This document shows, one piece after another, positions 9,645-19,899 of a stretch of 64,000 nucleotides of DNA. This DNA is from Spirochaetia bacterium (GTDB lineage Bacteria > Spirochaetota > Spirochaetia > SZUA-6 > Bin103): positions 64,001-128,000 of the forward strand of contig CBDBOV010000002.1 of NCBI GenBank assembly GCA_965208575.1, in the 5' to 3' direction. The notes under the pieces were generated by a model. The model did not search any database, had not been told where the DNA came from, and was given only the letters and a program-made list of their open reading frames with translations. The position numbers and the translations under genes were made by a program. Within the stretch, counting starts at the first letter, position 1; each line of letters begins with the position of its first letter.

Positions 9645-10556
9645 ATGCCGGAACTGCCGTCGGTAACCGTGTACGTGGAGCACCTGCGGCGCCGCACCGT
9701 GGACCGCACGCTGGAGCGCGTGCGCGTCGCCAACCCGTTCGTGCTGCGCTCGGTCGATCCGCCGATCGACGCCGCGCACGGCCGGCGGGTGCAGGCGGTA
9801 AAGCGGCTCGGCAAGCGCATCGTGTTTGGCCTGAGCGGCGACCTGTACCTGGTGATCCACCTGATGGTCGCCGGCCGCCTGCGCTGGCACGACGACAGTG
9901 CGGCGGCGAAGATTCCGCGCAAGGTGGGCCTGGCCGGCTTTCAGTTCGACTCCGGCACCCTGGTGCTCACCGAGGCGGGCAGCAAGCGGCGTGCCTCGGT
10001 GCACCTGGCAGCCGGCGCCGCCGGCCTGGCCGAGCACGAGCGCGGCGGCCTGGAGGTTCTGGAGGCGGACGCGGCGGCGTTCCGGGAGGCGCTGCTGCGC
10101 GAGAACCACACGCTGAAGCGCGCGCTGGCCGATCCGCGCCTGTTCTCGGGCATCGGCAACGCGTTCTCGGACGAGATCCTGCACCGCGCCGGCCTGTCGC
10201 CGCTGCAGCTCACCACGCGCATGAACGACGAGCAGGTGGACACGCTACGAGGTGCCTGCGTGGCGGTGCTCACCGAGTGGGTGGACCTGCTGCGCGCCGA
10301 GAGCGGCGAGGAGTTCCCGAAGAAGGTGACCGCGTTCCACCCCAAGATGGCCGTGCACGGCAAGTACGGCCAGCCGTGCCCGGCGTGCGGCACGCCGGTG
10401 CAGCGCATCAGGTACGCCGCCAACGAGAGCAACTACTGCCCCACGTGCCAGACCGGCGGCAAGCTGCTCGCCGACCGCGCCCTGTCCCGCCTGCTCAAGT
10501 CGGACTGGCCGCGCAGCGTCGACGAATTGGAGGACCTCCGCAAGCCGCGCCCCTGA
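9645..10556 (+). CDS. Fpg/Nei family DNA glycosylase
   Basis: N-terminal MPELP, GKRI, HLMVAG, GIGNAFSDEILH (H2TH), CPAC...CPTCQ zinc finger. Confidence 0.92.
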   Translation: MPELPSVTVYVEHLRRRTVDRTLERVRVANPFVLRSVDPPIDAAHGRRVQAVKRLGKRIVFGLSGDLYLVIHLMVAGRLRWHDDSAAAKIPRKVGLAGFQFDSGTLVLTEAGSKRRASVHLAAGAAGLAEHERGGLEVLEADAAAFREALLRENHTLKRALADPRLFSGIGNAFSDEILHRAGLSPLQLTTRMNDEQVDTLRGACVAVLTEWVDLLRAESGEEFPKKVTAFHPKMAVHGKYGQPCPACGTPVQRIRYAANESNYCPTCQTGGKLLADRALSRLLKSDWPRSVDELEDLRKPRP

Positions 10557-10737
10557 CCGTCGCCCGCGCCGCCCGCCGCCATAGTCGCGTCAGCAGCGTC
10601 CTACGGGGCTGGCGGCGAGGTGTCGGCCAGGCACCCATCCGGGCCGCCCGGACACGCCACGGTGCCGACGTCGACTGCCACTCGCCGGCGCGCGCCTGCC
10701 CCACCCGGCCCTCCGGCCCTCTCGGCCCACATGAAGA

Positions 10738-10766
10738 TTGACGCCCCCGCGCGGCGGGCGTACAGT
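10738..10766 (+). promoter_or_regulatory. Probable sigma70 promoter of the sialidase-like gene
   Basis: TTGACG-17 bp-TACAGT, 38 bp upstream of the ATG. Confidence 0.6.
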
Positions 10767-10804
10767 GCGGAGCCATCCCATCACCGACAAAGGCGGAAAC
10801 ATCC

Positions 10805-12064
10805 ATGATCCCACACGTCCATCAACCCCCGCCGGACGGGGTACTGCTGGAGCAGGAGGAGCGCATCCCGCTGGCCGGCGGCGCGCTCGAGGTCGCAAAG
10901 CCGCCGGCCGGCTACCGCCACCTTCCCGACCTGGGCATCATCGCCTCCGACCGCCTGGACGTGCGCCGCCTGCACGCGTTCCCGCCGCCGAACGACATGA
11001 GCGAGCCGGTGCGCGCCCTGAAGACGCCCGGCGGCGACCTGCTGGCGATCACCCAGTCGGGGTCCGGGCACATGATCAACAACCACGACAAGATCAACGA
11101 GCTGCTCGCCTACCGCTCCGCCGACGGCGGCGCCACCTGGCAGGGCCCGACCCATCCGTGGGAAGTTCCCTACAACCAGCACGGCTTCAACCCGATCGTA
11201 GCGCGCGGCAGCACGCAGATCGTCGCCTTCGGCACCGAGCCGACGCCGGAGCTGTTCCTGCCGCCGCACGACGGCGGCATCGGCGTGCGCCGTTCCGATG
11301 ACGACGGCCACACCTGGAGCGAGGTGGAGATCCTCGACCCGGTCAACAGCCCGGGGTACTGCGGCGTCGGTCACATGCGCGGCTGCGAGATGGACTCGGG
11401 CGCCTGGCTGTTGCCAACCTACAGCGTGCGCAACCGGACCGACCGGCCGGGCCGCACCGATACCCAGTTCGTCCTGCGCAGCGAGGACCGCGGGGCGAGT
11501 TGGACGCTGATCCCCGGCCCGCACCCGCACGGCTGGCAAACGCAGCCGTGGCAGCGCACCCTGGAGGGCACCATCCTGTCGCTCGGCGGCAGCGACGCGG
11601 TGATGTTCGCGCGCGTGCCGTCGGGGCGCATGTGGGAGTTGCGCAGCGCCGACGACGGGCGCACCTGGAGCGATCCCAAGCCGACCCTGCTGCACCACCC
11701 CGACGCGCCGCCAATGGTGTTCTGGCTCGCCGACGGCAGCACGATGGTGGCGCTGATCCACAACCAGGGTTCGGGCGACTGGCGCGGCCAGGCCGACCGC
11801 CGCGAGTTGTGGGCGTGCCTGTCACGCGACGATGGCCGTTCGTGGAGTCCACCGCGCCTGCTGCTCGCTGACACCACCGTCCCGCGCGCGGCGCCGTCCA
11901 CGCGCGACGCCAAGCGGCGGGTGGAGCTGTCCTACGCCGACCTGGTGCTCGACGGCGACCGCCTGCACCTGTTTCTCGATCACCAGAAACGGCAGATATT
12001 CCACATCATGCTGACGGAAGCCGACCTGAGCGCCGGCGCCACCGAGCAGGACCTGCACGGCTGA
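10805..12064 (+). CDS. BNR/Asp-box beta-propeller, sialidase-family (GH33-like) protein
   Basis: Five Asp boxes: SADGGATW, SDDDGHTW, SEDRGASW, SADDGRTW, SRDDGRSW; C-terminal SY; no obvious signal peptide. Confidence 0.82.
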   Translation: MIPHVHQPPPDGVLLEQEERIPLAGGALEVAKPPAGYRHLPDLGIIASDRLDVRRLHAFPPPNDMSEPVRALKTPGGDLLAITQSGSGHMINNHDKINELLAYRSADGGATWQGPTHPWEVPYNQHGFNPIVARGSTQIVAFGTEPTPELFLPPHDGGIGVRRSDDDGHTWSEVEILDPVNSPGYCGVGHMRGCEMDSGAWLLPTYSVRNRTDRPGRTDTQFVLRSEDRGASWTLIPGPHPHGWQTQPWQRTLEGTILSLGGSDAVMFARVPSGRMWELRSADDGRTWSDPKPTLLHHPDAPPMVFWLADGSTMVALIHNQGSGDWRGQADRRELWACLSRDDGRSWSPPRLLLADTTVPRAAPSTRDAKRRVELSYADLVLDGDRLHLFLDHQKRQIFHIMLTEADLSAGATEQDLHG

Positions 12065-12176
12065 GCGCGCCCGCCGGCGCGTGCACGGAACTGCCGCGGT
12101 ATCGGCACGGCACGACCGGGCGGCTCGTGTCGGCTGAGCGCGGCGCCGCACCGGCCCGCGCCGTCCGCGGCTTCCG

Positions 12177-13061
12177 TCAGCCCTTGACCGAGCCGATCAG
12201 CACGCCGCGGATGAAGTACTTCTGCGCGAACGGATAGAGAATCACGATCGGCCCGATGCTGATGAAGATCAGCGCCGCCTTCACGGTCTCCTCGGTCACC
12301 GCCGTGTCGGTCTCCAGGTCGACGTCGGTCATCGACATGATCTGCGCCTCCAGCAGCACCCGCCGCAGCAATAGCTGCAGCACGATCTTGGTGTGGTCGG
12401 TGACGTAGATCAGCGCGTCGAACCAGGCGTTCCAGTGCATCACCGCGCCCCACAGCGCCACCGTGGCGATGATCGGCTTGGACAGCGGCAGGATGATGCG
12501 CCACAGGATGACGATCTCGTTGGCGCCGTCGATGTAGGCGGACTCCTCCAGGCTGTCGGGAATCGAGAACATGAAGTTGCGCGCGATCAACAGCGTGTAC
12601 GCCTGCACCAGCACCGGCCAGATCAGCGCCCAGCGGGAGTCGAGCAGCCCCACCGAGCGCACCAGCAGGAAGCGCGGAATCAGCCCGCCGTTGAAGAACA
12701 GCGTGAACACCACCAGGAACGTGAAGGTGCGGATGAACGGCAGGCGGCGCTTGGAGATGGCGTACGCGGCGGCGATCGTCACCAGGGTATTCAGCACCGT
12801 CCCCACCACGGTGCGGAACAGGGTGTTGGCGTAGGCGGTGCCGATGGCGGATTTCTGCAGCACGGTCTCGTATGCGGTGATCGACCATGACACCGGCAGG
12901 AACTGGGCGCGGAACTCGCGCAGGTATACCGACTCCGGGGTGCTGAACGAGTCGACCAGGAGCAGCCAGAACGGCAGCACCACGACCGCCGACACGAGAA
13001 TCAGGACGGTGACGTTGACGGCGTCGAACAGCCGCTCGCCGCGCGTGCGCAGGACGCTCAA
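12177..13061 (-). CDS. Carbohydrate ABC transporter permease (LplC-like)
   Basis: IPDSLEESAYIDGA EAA loop, LPLSKP, HWNAWF, YPFAQKYF..GV.IGSVKG; TTG start overlaps the upstream stop. Confidence 0.93.
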   Translation of the reverse strand: MSVLRTRGERLFDAVNVTVLILVSAVVVLPFWLLLVDSFSTPESVYLREFRAQFLPVSWSITAYETVLQKSAIGTAYANTLFRTVVGTVLNTLVTIAAAYAISKRRLPFIRTFTFLVVFTLFFNGGLIPRFLLVRSVGLLDSRWALIWPVLVQAYTLLIARNFMFSIPDSLEESAYIDGANEIVILWRIILPLSKPIIATVALWGAVMHWNAWFDALIYVTDHTKIVLQLLLRRVLLEAQIMSMTDVDLETDTAVTEETVKAALIFISIGPIVILYPFAQKYFIRGVLIGSVKG

Positions 13062-14017
13062 AACCCGAACTCCCGCGCCACGCGCGTGAACCGGTTCACC
13101 ACCAGCAGCAGGATCAGCCCCACCGTGTTGTTGAACAGCCCCACGGCCGCCGCGTAGCTCCAATCCTGCTGGATGATCCCCTTGCGGTAGGTGTAGGTTT
13201 CGATGATGTCGCCGGTGTCGTAGATGGTGGGGTTCTGCAGGTTGAAGATCTGGTCGAAGCCCACCTCCAGCAGGTTGCCGACGCGCAGCAGGAACACGAT
13301 CACCATCACCGGGTACAGCGACGGGATGGTGATGCTCATGGTGCGCTGCAGACGGCTCGCGCCGTCGATCTGGGCGGCTTCGTAGAGTTGCGGATCGATG
13401 CCGGCCAGCGCCGCCAGGTAGATGATCGAGCCCCAGCCGAAGGTCTGCCAGACGTAGCTCATCACCACCACCGCCACGAACCAGTCGGAGTCGGCCATGA
13501 AGTTGTGCGGGCGCCCGCCGGCCGCCTCGACCACCTGGTTGACGATGCCGAGGGAGGGGGACAGCACTTCGTAGACGATGCCGGCCAGCACCACCCAGGA
13601 GATGAAGTGCGGCAGGTAGCTGATCGTCTGCACGCTCTTCTTCAAGCGCACGCCCACCAGCTCGTTGAGCATGATGGCGAACAGGATCGGCGCCGGGAAC
13701 CCGAACAGCAGCTTGAGCACGCTGATCACCACGGTGTTGCGCAGCACCTGCCAGAAGCGCGGCGCCCCGAACATGGCGATGAAGTGCTCGAACCCCACCC
13801 ACTCGCTGGCCCAGATGCCCTTCAGCAGCTTGAAGTCCTTGAAGGCGATCTGGATGCCGTACATCGGGCCGTACTGGAACAGCACGAAGTAGGCCGCCGC
13901 CGGCAGCAGCAGCAGGTAGATCAGCTTGTAGCGGCGCATCAGGCGCCAGCGCGCGCCCCAGTTCACCCGGGCGTGCGTCGGCGCCCCCGCCGCCGGTATC
14001 GCGTCCGGCGATTTCAT
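13058..14017 (-). CDS. Carbohydrate ABC transporter permease (LplB-like)
   Basis: YGPMYGIQIAFK, YLPHFISW, LYEAAQIDGA. Confidence 0.93.
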   Translation of the reverse strand: MKSPDAIPAAGAPTHARVNWGARWRLMRRYKLIYLLLLPAAAYFVLFQYGPMYGIQIAFKDFKLLKGIWASEWVGFEHFIAMFGAPRFWQVLRNTVVISVLKLLFGFPAPILFAIMLNELVGVRLKKSVQTISYLPHFISWVVLAGIVYEVLSPSLGIVNQVVEAAGGRPHNFMADSDWFVAVVVMSYVWQTFGWGSIIYLAALAGIDPQLYEAAQIDGASRLQRTMSITIPSLYPVMVIVFLLRVGNLLEVGFDQIFNLQNPTIYDTGDIIETYTYRKGIIQQDWSYAAAVGLFNNTVGLILLLVVNRFTRVAREFGF

Positions 14018-14081
14018 GCGTGAGTGGTCACCGGCGCCCAAGCCCGCGCATCGGTGTCAGGGTTCGGGCGCCGCCTGGAGC

Positions 14082-15653
14082 TCACTCCATGATGGTGCCG
14101 TCCTGGATGAACTGCTTGGCGGCCGCGGTCATGCGCTCGCCGCCGTTGGCCATCCAGGAATCCACGTAGGCGTCCCACTCGGCGTCGATGTCGATCGCGC
14201 CGGAGATCGCCTTGACGTAGAACTGCACCTCGATGTCGCTCAGGTCGCCGCGCAGCTTGTTGACGTCGGCCGAGAACTCCACCCACGGCCCCTCGTCGAC
14301 CAGCCTGGCAGCCACGCCCGCCTCCACCACGGTCGCCACCTCGCCGGCGATGTTGGTGCGCCACAGCTCGATGGGCCGGTAGTTGTGCATGGCGAACTTG
14401 TACATGCCGGCCTTGGCGTACGCCTCGTTGTTGTGGAACTCTCCGATGCGGCGGATCTCGGTGGGCGACACCCGCTCGGCGTACTTCACCTCCGGGTCGA
14501 AGATGCCCATCGGGCCGACGCGGCTGCGCCAGTGGCGGTCGGGGTCGGTCTCGATCCACTCCAGGATCTGCATGATCTTGACCACCTTCTCGTCGCTGGC
14601 GTCCTTGCCGAACAGGCCGACCGCGGTGGCGGCGCCGTAGGCGGAGGTGTGCGCTCCCGCCGGGCCCTCCGGCTGCGGCAGGTAGATCATCGACACGTCC
14701 GGCATGGTCTTGCGGATCTCGTTGATCGGCGAGCCGGCGCGCTCGCGCAGCCAGGTCCAGTTGCGCTCCACCACGCCGAGCTTGTGGTTGGCCCACTTGG
14801 CGGTCCAGGTGGCGCGGTCCACGGTGAAGCTCTCCGGGTCGATCAGGTCGTCCGCCCACCAGGCCGCGAGCACCTTCAGCGCCTCGCGGTAGCCGGCGCT
14901 GATCATCGACCAGTCGCCGTTGTGGTCCCAGGTGGCGATGCGCACGCCGTGCGCGCCGAACACGTTCGGGAAGCTCGCCGAGGCCACGCTGAGCGAGCTC
15001 AGGCCCTGCTGCGCCCAGCGTGCGTAGCCGTACTGGTCCTTGTTGCCGTTGCCGTCCGGGTCCTCGTTGCGCAGGCTGCGGATCAACTCCTCGAAGTCGG
15101 CCAGGGTCCAGGCGTCGGGCCGCTCGAAGCCGACCGCCGCCGCCCAGTCGTCGCGGATGCCGAGGATGTGCCCGGTGGCGTTGCCGGCCGACACGTTCGG
15201 AATGGCGTACTGCACGCCGTCCACCTGCGTCGACGGCCACGCCTTGCCGGTGTCGTTGGTGTCGACGTAGCGCACGTAGATCGGCATGTGGGTTTCCAGC
15301 CACTCACGCGAGATCGAGCGGATCACGCCGTCCTCGGCGAGCTGCCGCAGGCTGGTGCCGGCCATGCCGCGCCCGATGTCGTAGGCGAAGTCGGGAACCT
15401 CGCCGGCCGCGATGCGCAGCGAGATCTGGTCCCGGTCGCTCCAGTCGATCGGCACCGGCTTCAGGTCGACGTCCGGGAACTGCGCCTCGATCGCCTGCTC
15501 GATGATAGACCCCTCCAGCACCGGGTTGCCGGTCGGATTGACCCCGTGCCAACTGATGACAAGCTGATCCGGCGCGGCCGCCTCGGCTTCGCCGGCCGCA
15601 TGCCCCGACACGGCCGCCGCGACCGCCACGATCACCCCGATCCAAATCCGCAT
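14082..15653 (-). CDS. Carbohydrate ABC transporter extracellular solute-binding protein
   Basis: Signal-like N-terminus after RBS GAAGGAGAGG; AAGEVPD, DGVQYAIP, IRDDW, DPDGNG.KD motifs; upstream of two permeases. Confidence 0.88.
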   Translation of the reverse strand: MRIWIGVIVAVAAAVSGHAAGEAEAAAPDQLVISWHGVNPTGNPVLEGSIIEQAIEAQFPDVDLKPVPIDWSDRDQISLRIAAGEVPDFAYDIGRGMAGTSLRQLAEDGVIRSISREWLETHMPIYVRYVDTNDTGKAWPSTQVDGVQYAIPNVSAGNATGHILGIRDDWAAAVGFERPDAWTLADFEELIRSLRNEDPDGNGNKDQYGYARWAQQGLSSLSVASASFPNVFGAHGVRIATWDHNGDWSMISAGYREALKVLAAWWADDLIDPESFTVDRATWTAKWANHKLGVVERNWTWLRERAGSPINEIRKTMPDVSMIYLPQPEGPAGAHTSAYGAATAVGLFGKDASDEKVVKIMQILEWIETDPDRHWRSRVGPMGIFDPEVKYAERVSPTEIRRIGEFHNNEAYAKAGMYKFAMHNYRPIELWRTNIAGEVATVVEAGVAARLVDEGPWVEFSADVNKLRGDLSDIEVQFYVKAISGAIDIDAEWDAYVDSWMANGGERMTAAAKQFIQDGTIME

Positions 15654-15707
15654 GGTCCTCTCCTTCGCACCTCGCAGCCTTGATTCCGCCGCTCGTGCGT
15701 AACCAGA

Positions 15708-15737
15708 GATACTGCGCCCCGCCCCGCCCGCTGTCAA
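15708..15737 (-). promoter_or_regulatory. Possible sigma70 promoter of the ABC operon
   Basis: Perfect TTGACA on the minus strand (15732-15737), followed by a weak -10 region (CAGTATCT). Confidence 0.45.
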
Positions 15738-15833
15738 GCTCGCGCCGCTCTTGCTCGGCTGCGCTCGCGGCGAGCCATGTGCTGATCTACGCGCCCGGGA
15801 TACCGCTTGGGGCCGGCAGACCGTCCTGCTCGG

Positions 15834-16265
15834 TCAGTTGAACAACCGATTCAGCCACGCTACCAGCCGAACCGCATCGGGAGCGCTGACATTCAGATCC
15901 CCGGCTCCGATCGCCGCTCCCATCATCCTCGGTTCCGCTCTCGTGGCCAGCCACGAGTGAACCTTGGCGCGAAGCACCTTGCCGCTGGCGAACTTGCGGT
16001 CAGGAACGGGTATCTCGTCGATGTATGTCTCGGATCGCGGCCATACGGGGTCATCGTTGGGGATCATGTCCGCGAAGAACTCCTCCACTTGGCCAGCGGA
16101 CACGTTATCGGGCATCAGCCAGATCCCGATTTGCGGCCGGTTGTCGATGATGGTCCCGGATGGATCGGGCACACGCGGTGCGGTGACATCCACTCGCGAC
16201 AGCGCGTGGGTCACGGCATTCCAACGACTCTGTACGTCGTCGTCTGCATCCAGCAGGATGCCCAA
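15834..16265 (-). pseudogene. DUF3226-like (TOPRIM-like) partner protein, apparently N-terminally truncated
   Basis: Begins abruptly at LGILLDADD; has GIWLMPDN..GQVEEF and KVHSWLA; no upstream VEG motif and only 20 nt to the ATPase stop. Confidence 0.65.
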
Positions 16266-16285
16266 CGCTGGGGCCGGGCACGGCG

Positions 16286-17369
16286 TCAGCGAACCTCGAT
16301 ACCCTGGTCGGCAGCGATCTTCAGATCCTCTTCCGAGTAATCGACTGCTCGCAGCCCTCTGTCATCCCGGTCCAGACGTACCAACACTCCGTCCCCGTCC
16401 TCGAATTCGGCTGCCGCGTGGGCAAACCCTCGCACGCAGTCCCAGCTATGCGTCGTCGCCAGAACCTGCACGTCGTTCGCAAGTGCCGTCTGCAGCACAA
16501 GTTTCCAGATTTCGTACTGCGCGGTGTGGTGGATGCCGTTCTCGGCCTCATCGATCAGCAGCAATCCGCCGCGGCAGTTGGCAAGTGCCAGGGCAATTCC
16601 ATATAGCCTTACCGTACCGTCGCCGAGGCTCTTCAACGGCACCGGTCGATCATATCCCGTGAGGCGGACGACGGTCCTTCGTCGACGTCCGTTCGGCCTG
16701 CCATCTCCGATCAGCGCTACACCAGTTACCGTGTTCCCGGCTATCAGTTGAAGGGCCGATACTGCTCGTTGTTCATTGTCCGTCAACGCGACCTCGTCCC
16801 AAAAACGAGCAAGATCGCTGTCTCCAAGGACATCCGGACCCAGAAGCTCGCAGGTCAATCGTGGTTCCGGCTCATCATTCTCGGGTAGACGTTGCGACCG
16901 ACTGAAGTCGTTAAGCCCACCACTCGGGATGAACCAACGGACCTGTCTCTTGCCGCGGAACGAGACCGAAAGACCCGGTACCGGGTCCGCAAGATTGAGG
17001 AGAGTCGAACGAAACTTGGCAAGGGAGGTCATCTCGATCTCGAGTTGATCTGACGGGTTCCTCGGGCCGATGACAATCGGTGTTCCCTCACTGACTCGCC
17101 GATGGAACAACGACAGGGCATCGAGTTCACTCGCACCATCGCCGTTGTCGTCCGAGCCAACATGTACCTCATCGCGACTGCTCAGCAGGTCCGAGAGCGC
17201 CGAAAAGCGGCCTCGAGCAGCGAACACGGACCGCTTCCAAGACGGTGGTCTTGCCGACGCCGTTCTTTCCGGCAAGCAAGGTCACGCGGCCGAGGCGGGG
17301 AATAGTCAGTTGGTCGATCCCTCGGAATCCCTGGATGGTCAGGTCAGGAAGGTGGAGAGGCTTGCTCAT
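16286..17369 (-). pseudogene. AAA_21/ABC-type ATPase, frameshifted near 17225
   Basis: Walker A GKNGVGKT in one frame; signature SLGDG, Walker B LLLIDEAENGIH and ATTHS in another; junction EAVR|VFAARG; span 1084 nt. Confidence 0.85.
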
Positions 17370-17383
17370 GGCGTGCTGCACCG

Positions 17384-17893
17384 TCAAGCGACATTGTACC
17401 ACTTCGTACCGCGAGTGTCGGGAGTTTCGTTTCCGTCATCCTGCCCGGTGGTGGGCGGATCGCGTCCGGGGAAGGGTGTAGGGCGGGGTCGAACAGGTTG
17501 CCGAGTTGTAGCCGGCGGCTTGGCCGAGGACAGCGGCGCGCAACAAGGTTCGTCGTTCAGGACGCGACTTGCACGAGCCGATGTGCTCCGAGGGGCGTCT
17601 CGCGTATCGCGTATCGCGTCGGCAATTTCATGCACCGCGGCGCGCAAGGGACGGAGGCGGTTGTCATCGCCGGCAATCACGGCAATCGGAGGTCTTGGAT
17701 GCTCCGTCGCCAAGCGCTTGTCGGCGGTGACCAGAGCGGTGAGACCGTGTTGATGAGCTTGTTCCAGCAGTTCGCTGTTTCGCAACGTGCGCCAGCGGTG
17801 GAAAATCGCGCTCTCCACTGAGCCTCCGCCGAGGGCCTCTTGCAGCGGTATACGCAGCCGTGGTGAGATGCCGACGTCAAGGAGGACCTTCAT
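17384..17893 (-). CDS. DUF5615/PIN-like toxin (VapC45-like)
   Basis: MKVLLDVGIS, NSELL, LVTADK; ATGA overlap with the DUF433 gene; low-complexity tail may be read-through. Confidence 0.72.
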   Translation of the reverse strand: MKVLLDVGISPRLRIPLQEALGGGSVESAIFHRWRTLRNSELLEQAHQHGLTALVTADKRLATEHPRPPIAVIAGDDNRLRPLRAAVHEIADAIRDTRDAPRSTSARASRVLNDEPCCAPLSSAKPPATTRQPVRPRPTPFPGRDPPTTGQDDGNETPDTRGTKWYNVA

Positions 17894-18147
17894 GCATTGG
17901 CGCGTTGCCCGTTGCCCTCCTCCGTGCTTCGGTCAGCGAGTGCGGCACCGGCCGCTCGCAACACCGCCTCGGCAGCCTGACGGTCGATTTTGAAATCCTC
18001 AATGAACTCGTCGAGCGACACGCCGTCGGCGAGCCAGTCGAAGAGCTGCTGAACCGGGAGCCGGCTGCCACGGAAGCACGGCACCCCGCTCATCCGGTCC
18101 GGATCGACCCAGACCGCCTGGTCAAGGGGCATCACGTCATGCGTCAT
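17890..18147 (-). CDS. DUF433 antitoxin (VapB45-like)
   Basis: VDPDRMSGVPCFRGSRLPVQQLFDWLADGVSLDEFIEDF; RBS GGAGG 8 nt upstream. Confidence 0.88.
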   Translation of the reverse strand: MTHDVMPLDQAVWVDPDRMSGVPCFRGSRLPVQQLFDWLADGVSLDEFIEDFKIDRQAAEAVLRAAGAALADRSTEEGNGQRANA

Positions 18148-18230
18148 GATGGTCACCTCCCACGATCATGCAGCAAAACCCCATTTGTAGCACTTCACGT
18201 CGGACTTGGTGGGAACTGCGGCCAGCCATG

Positions 18231-19154
18231 TCATCGCGACGACGTGCTGACGCGGAGGGTGTCGTGGGGGAGGGTGCAGACCATGGTGTAGGCGGGGTCG
18301 AACATGTTGCCGAGCTGGTAGCCGGCGGCCTGGCCGAGGACGATGTGGGCCAGGTGGCGGTCCAGGCCGTAGTCTTCGGCCAGCCAGCGCAGCATCTCGG
18401 TGGTGGCGTGCTGCACGCACTGGTCGAGCGGGCGGGCGTTGCCGAGGGTGGCGATGCATTCCGGCGTCCGGGCGCGCGGCCAGCCGATGGCGCGGCCCTT
18501 GTGCAGCTCGACGCGGAACACCACGTCGGCGGAGATCTCGATGCCGGTGCCGACGATTTCGCCGTCGCCCTGCACGGCGTGCACGTCGCCGAGCGCGAAC
18601 AGGGCGCCGGGTTCGAACACCGGGAACAGGGCGGTGACGCCGGCCTGGAAGCCGTTCCAGTCCATGTTGCCGCCGTGGCGCTCGGAGGTAGCGGTGGAGA
18701 TCGCCTGGTGGCGTTCCGGCGCGACGCCGAAGCAGCCGATCATCGGCGCCAGCGGCACGCGCCAGTGCGCCAGTTCCGGCACGCCCCGCGGCGAGGCCAC
18801 GCCGGCGTCGACGTCCACGGTCCAGTCGATGCTCGGCGGCAGGCCAGCGGGCAGGGTGGGGTGGCCGGGATCGAGCACGTTGGCCGCCACCCAGGTCTTG
18901 GTGTAGCCGCGGGTGCGGTTGGGACGGATCTGCTCCAGGTGCACGGACAGGGTGTCGCCGGGCTCGGCGCCGGCCACCCGGAACGGGCCGGTCTGCGGGT
19001 TGCCGGCGGGCGTGACGGCGTCGTCGTTGGCATCGAAGCCGCCGGCGTCCACGGTGGTGGTGAACACCCGGTCGCCGGATGCGATGGTGAGCACCGGATC
19101 GTGCGGGCCGAGGGTGGTGTGATAGGCGGTGGGGACGAATCGATGATCTGCCAC
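18231..19154 (-). CDS. Acetamidase/formamidase family protein
   Basis: NPQTGPF.VAGAEPGDTL, PMIGCFGVAP, HGGNMD, GDVHAVQGDGEI; RBS AGGAG before GTG. Confidence 0.92.
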   Translation of the reverse strand: MADHRFVPTAYHTTLGPHDPVLTIASGDRVFTTTVDAGGFDANDDAVTPAGNPQTGPFRVAGAEPGDTLSVHLEQIRPNRTRGYTKTWVAANVLDPGHPTLPAGLPPSIDWTVDVDAGVASPRGVPELAHWRVPLAPMIGCFGVAPERHQAISTATSERHGGNMDWNGFQAGVTALFPVFEPGALFALGDVHAVQGDGEIVGTGIEISADVVFRVELHKGRAIGWPRARTPECIATLGNARPLDQCVQHATTEMLRWLAEDYGLDRHLAHIVLGQAAGYQLGNMFDPAYTMVCTLPHDTLRVSTSSR

Positions 19155-19416
19155 GGGGTTCTCCTGAATCAGGCTCTCCTGTAGTTGCGGTTCTCGCCTG
19201 TTCCCACACCACCGAGGCGGCGCCCTCGAACAGGCACTGTCGAGCGAGGTGTACTCAGAATACCCCGGCAGGCCGGTTGCCGCCCGCCTCCCCACGCATG
19301 GCAGCCCGCGGCAAGACTCCGGTTGCATTGAATGCGGCGATGTATCCCCTCTGACTGCAACCGGCCACCGGTGCGCCTCGCCGCCGTCGGTGCGACAGCC
19401 GGGTTTCCCCCGGCTG

Positions 19417-19895
19417 TCAGGACGACACGGAGATGCCGAGCAAGTCGCCGACTTCCCACGCCCCGGCGATCGTGTAGTCGGGCGGCGGCGCGGCGGCTTC
19501 CCACGTGCGTCCGTGGTGGATCCATGCGGTCCGCGTGCCAACGCCCCGCGCGCCGCCGATATCCGCCTCCGGCCGGTCACCAACGAACAGCGTGTGCGCC
19601 GCATCCGCTCCGACCGCGCGGAGGGCGTGCCGGAATATCGCTGCAGCCGGCTTGGCCGCCCCGATCTCTTCCGACACCACGATCGCGTCCACCAGGCCCG
19701 GCAGTCCCCAGTGCCGCACCTTGGACCGCTGCGACAGAGATGACCCGTTGGTCACCACAGCGGTACCGAGCCCTTCGCGTCGCAATCGCACCAGCAGCGC
19801 GCGGGTGCGCGGATCGAGCGGGGTAAAGCGCGCCAACTGCGTGCGGTGGCAATCGATCGCAGCCTCGACGCTGGTAAAGCAGCGCTGCCACGATC
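19417..19895 (-). pseudogene. HAD-superfamily hydrolase lacking its N-terminal DxD motif
   Basis: VVTNG, VSEEIGAAKP..AIF, FVGDRPEADIGGA present; motif I absent and sequence degenerates upstream of ~19895. Confidence 0.7.
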
Positions 19896-19899
19896 TACT

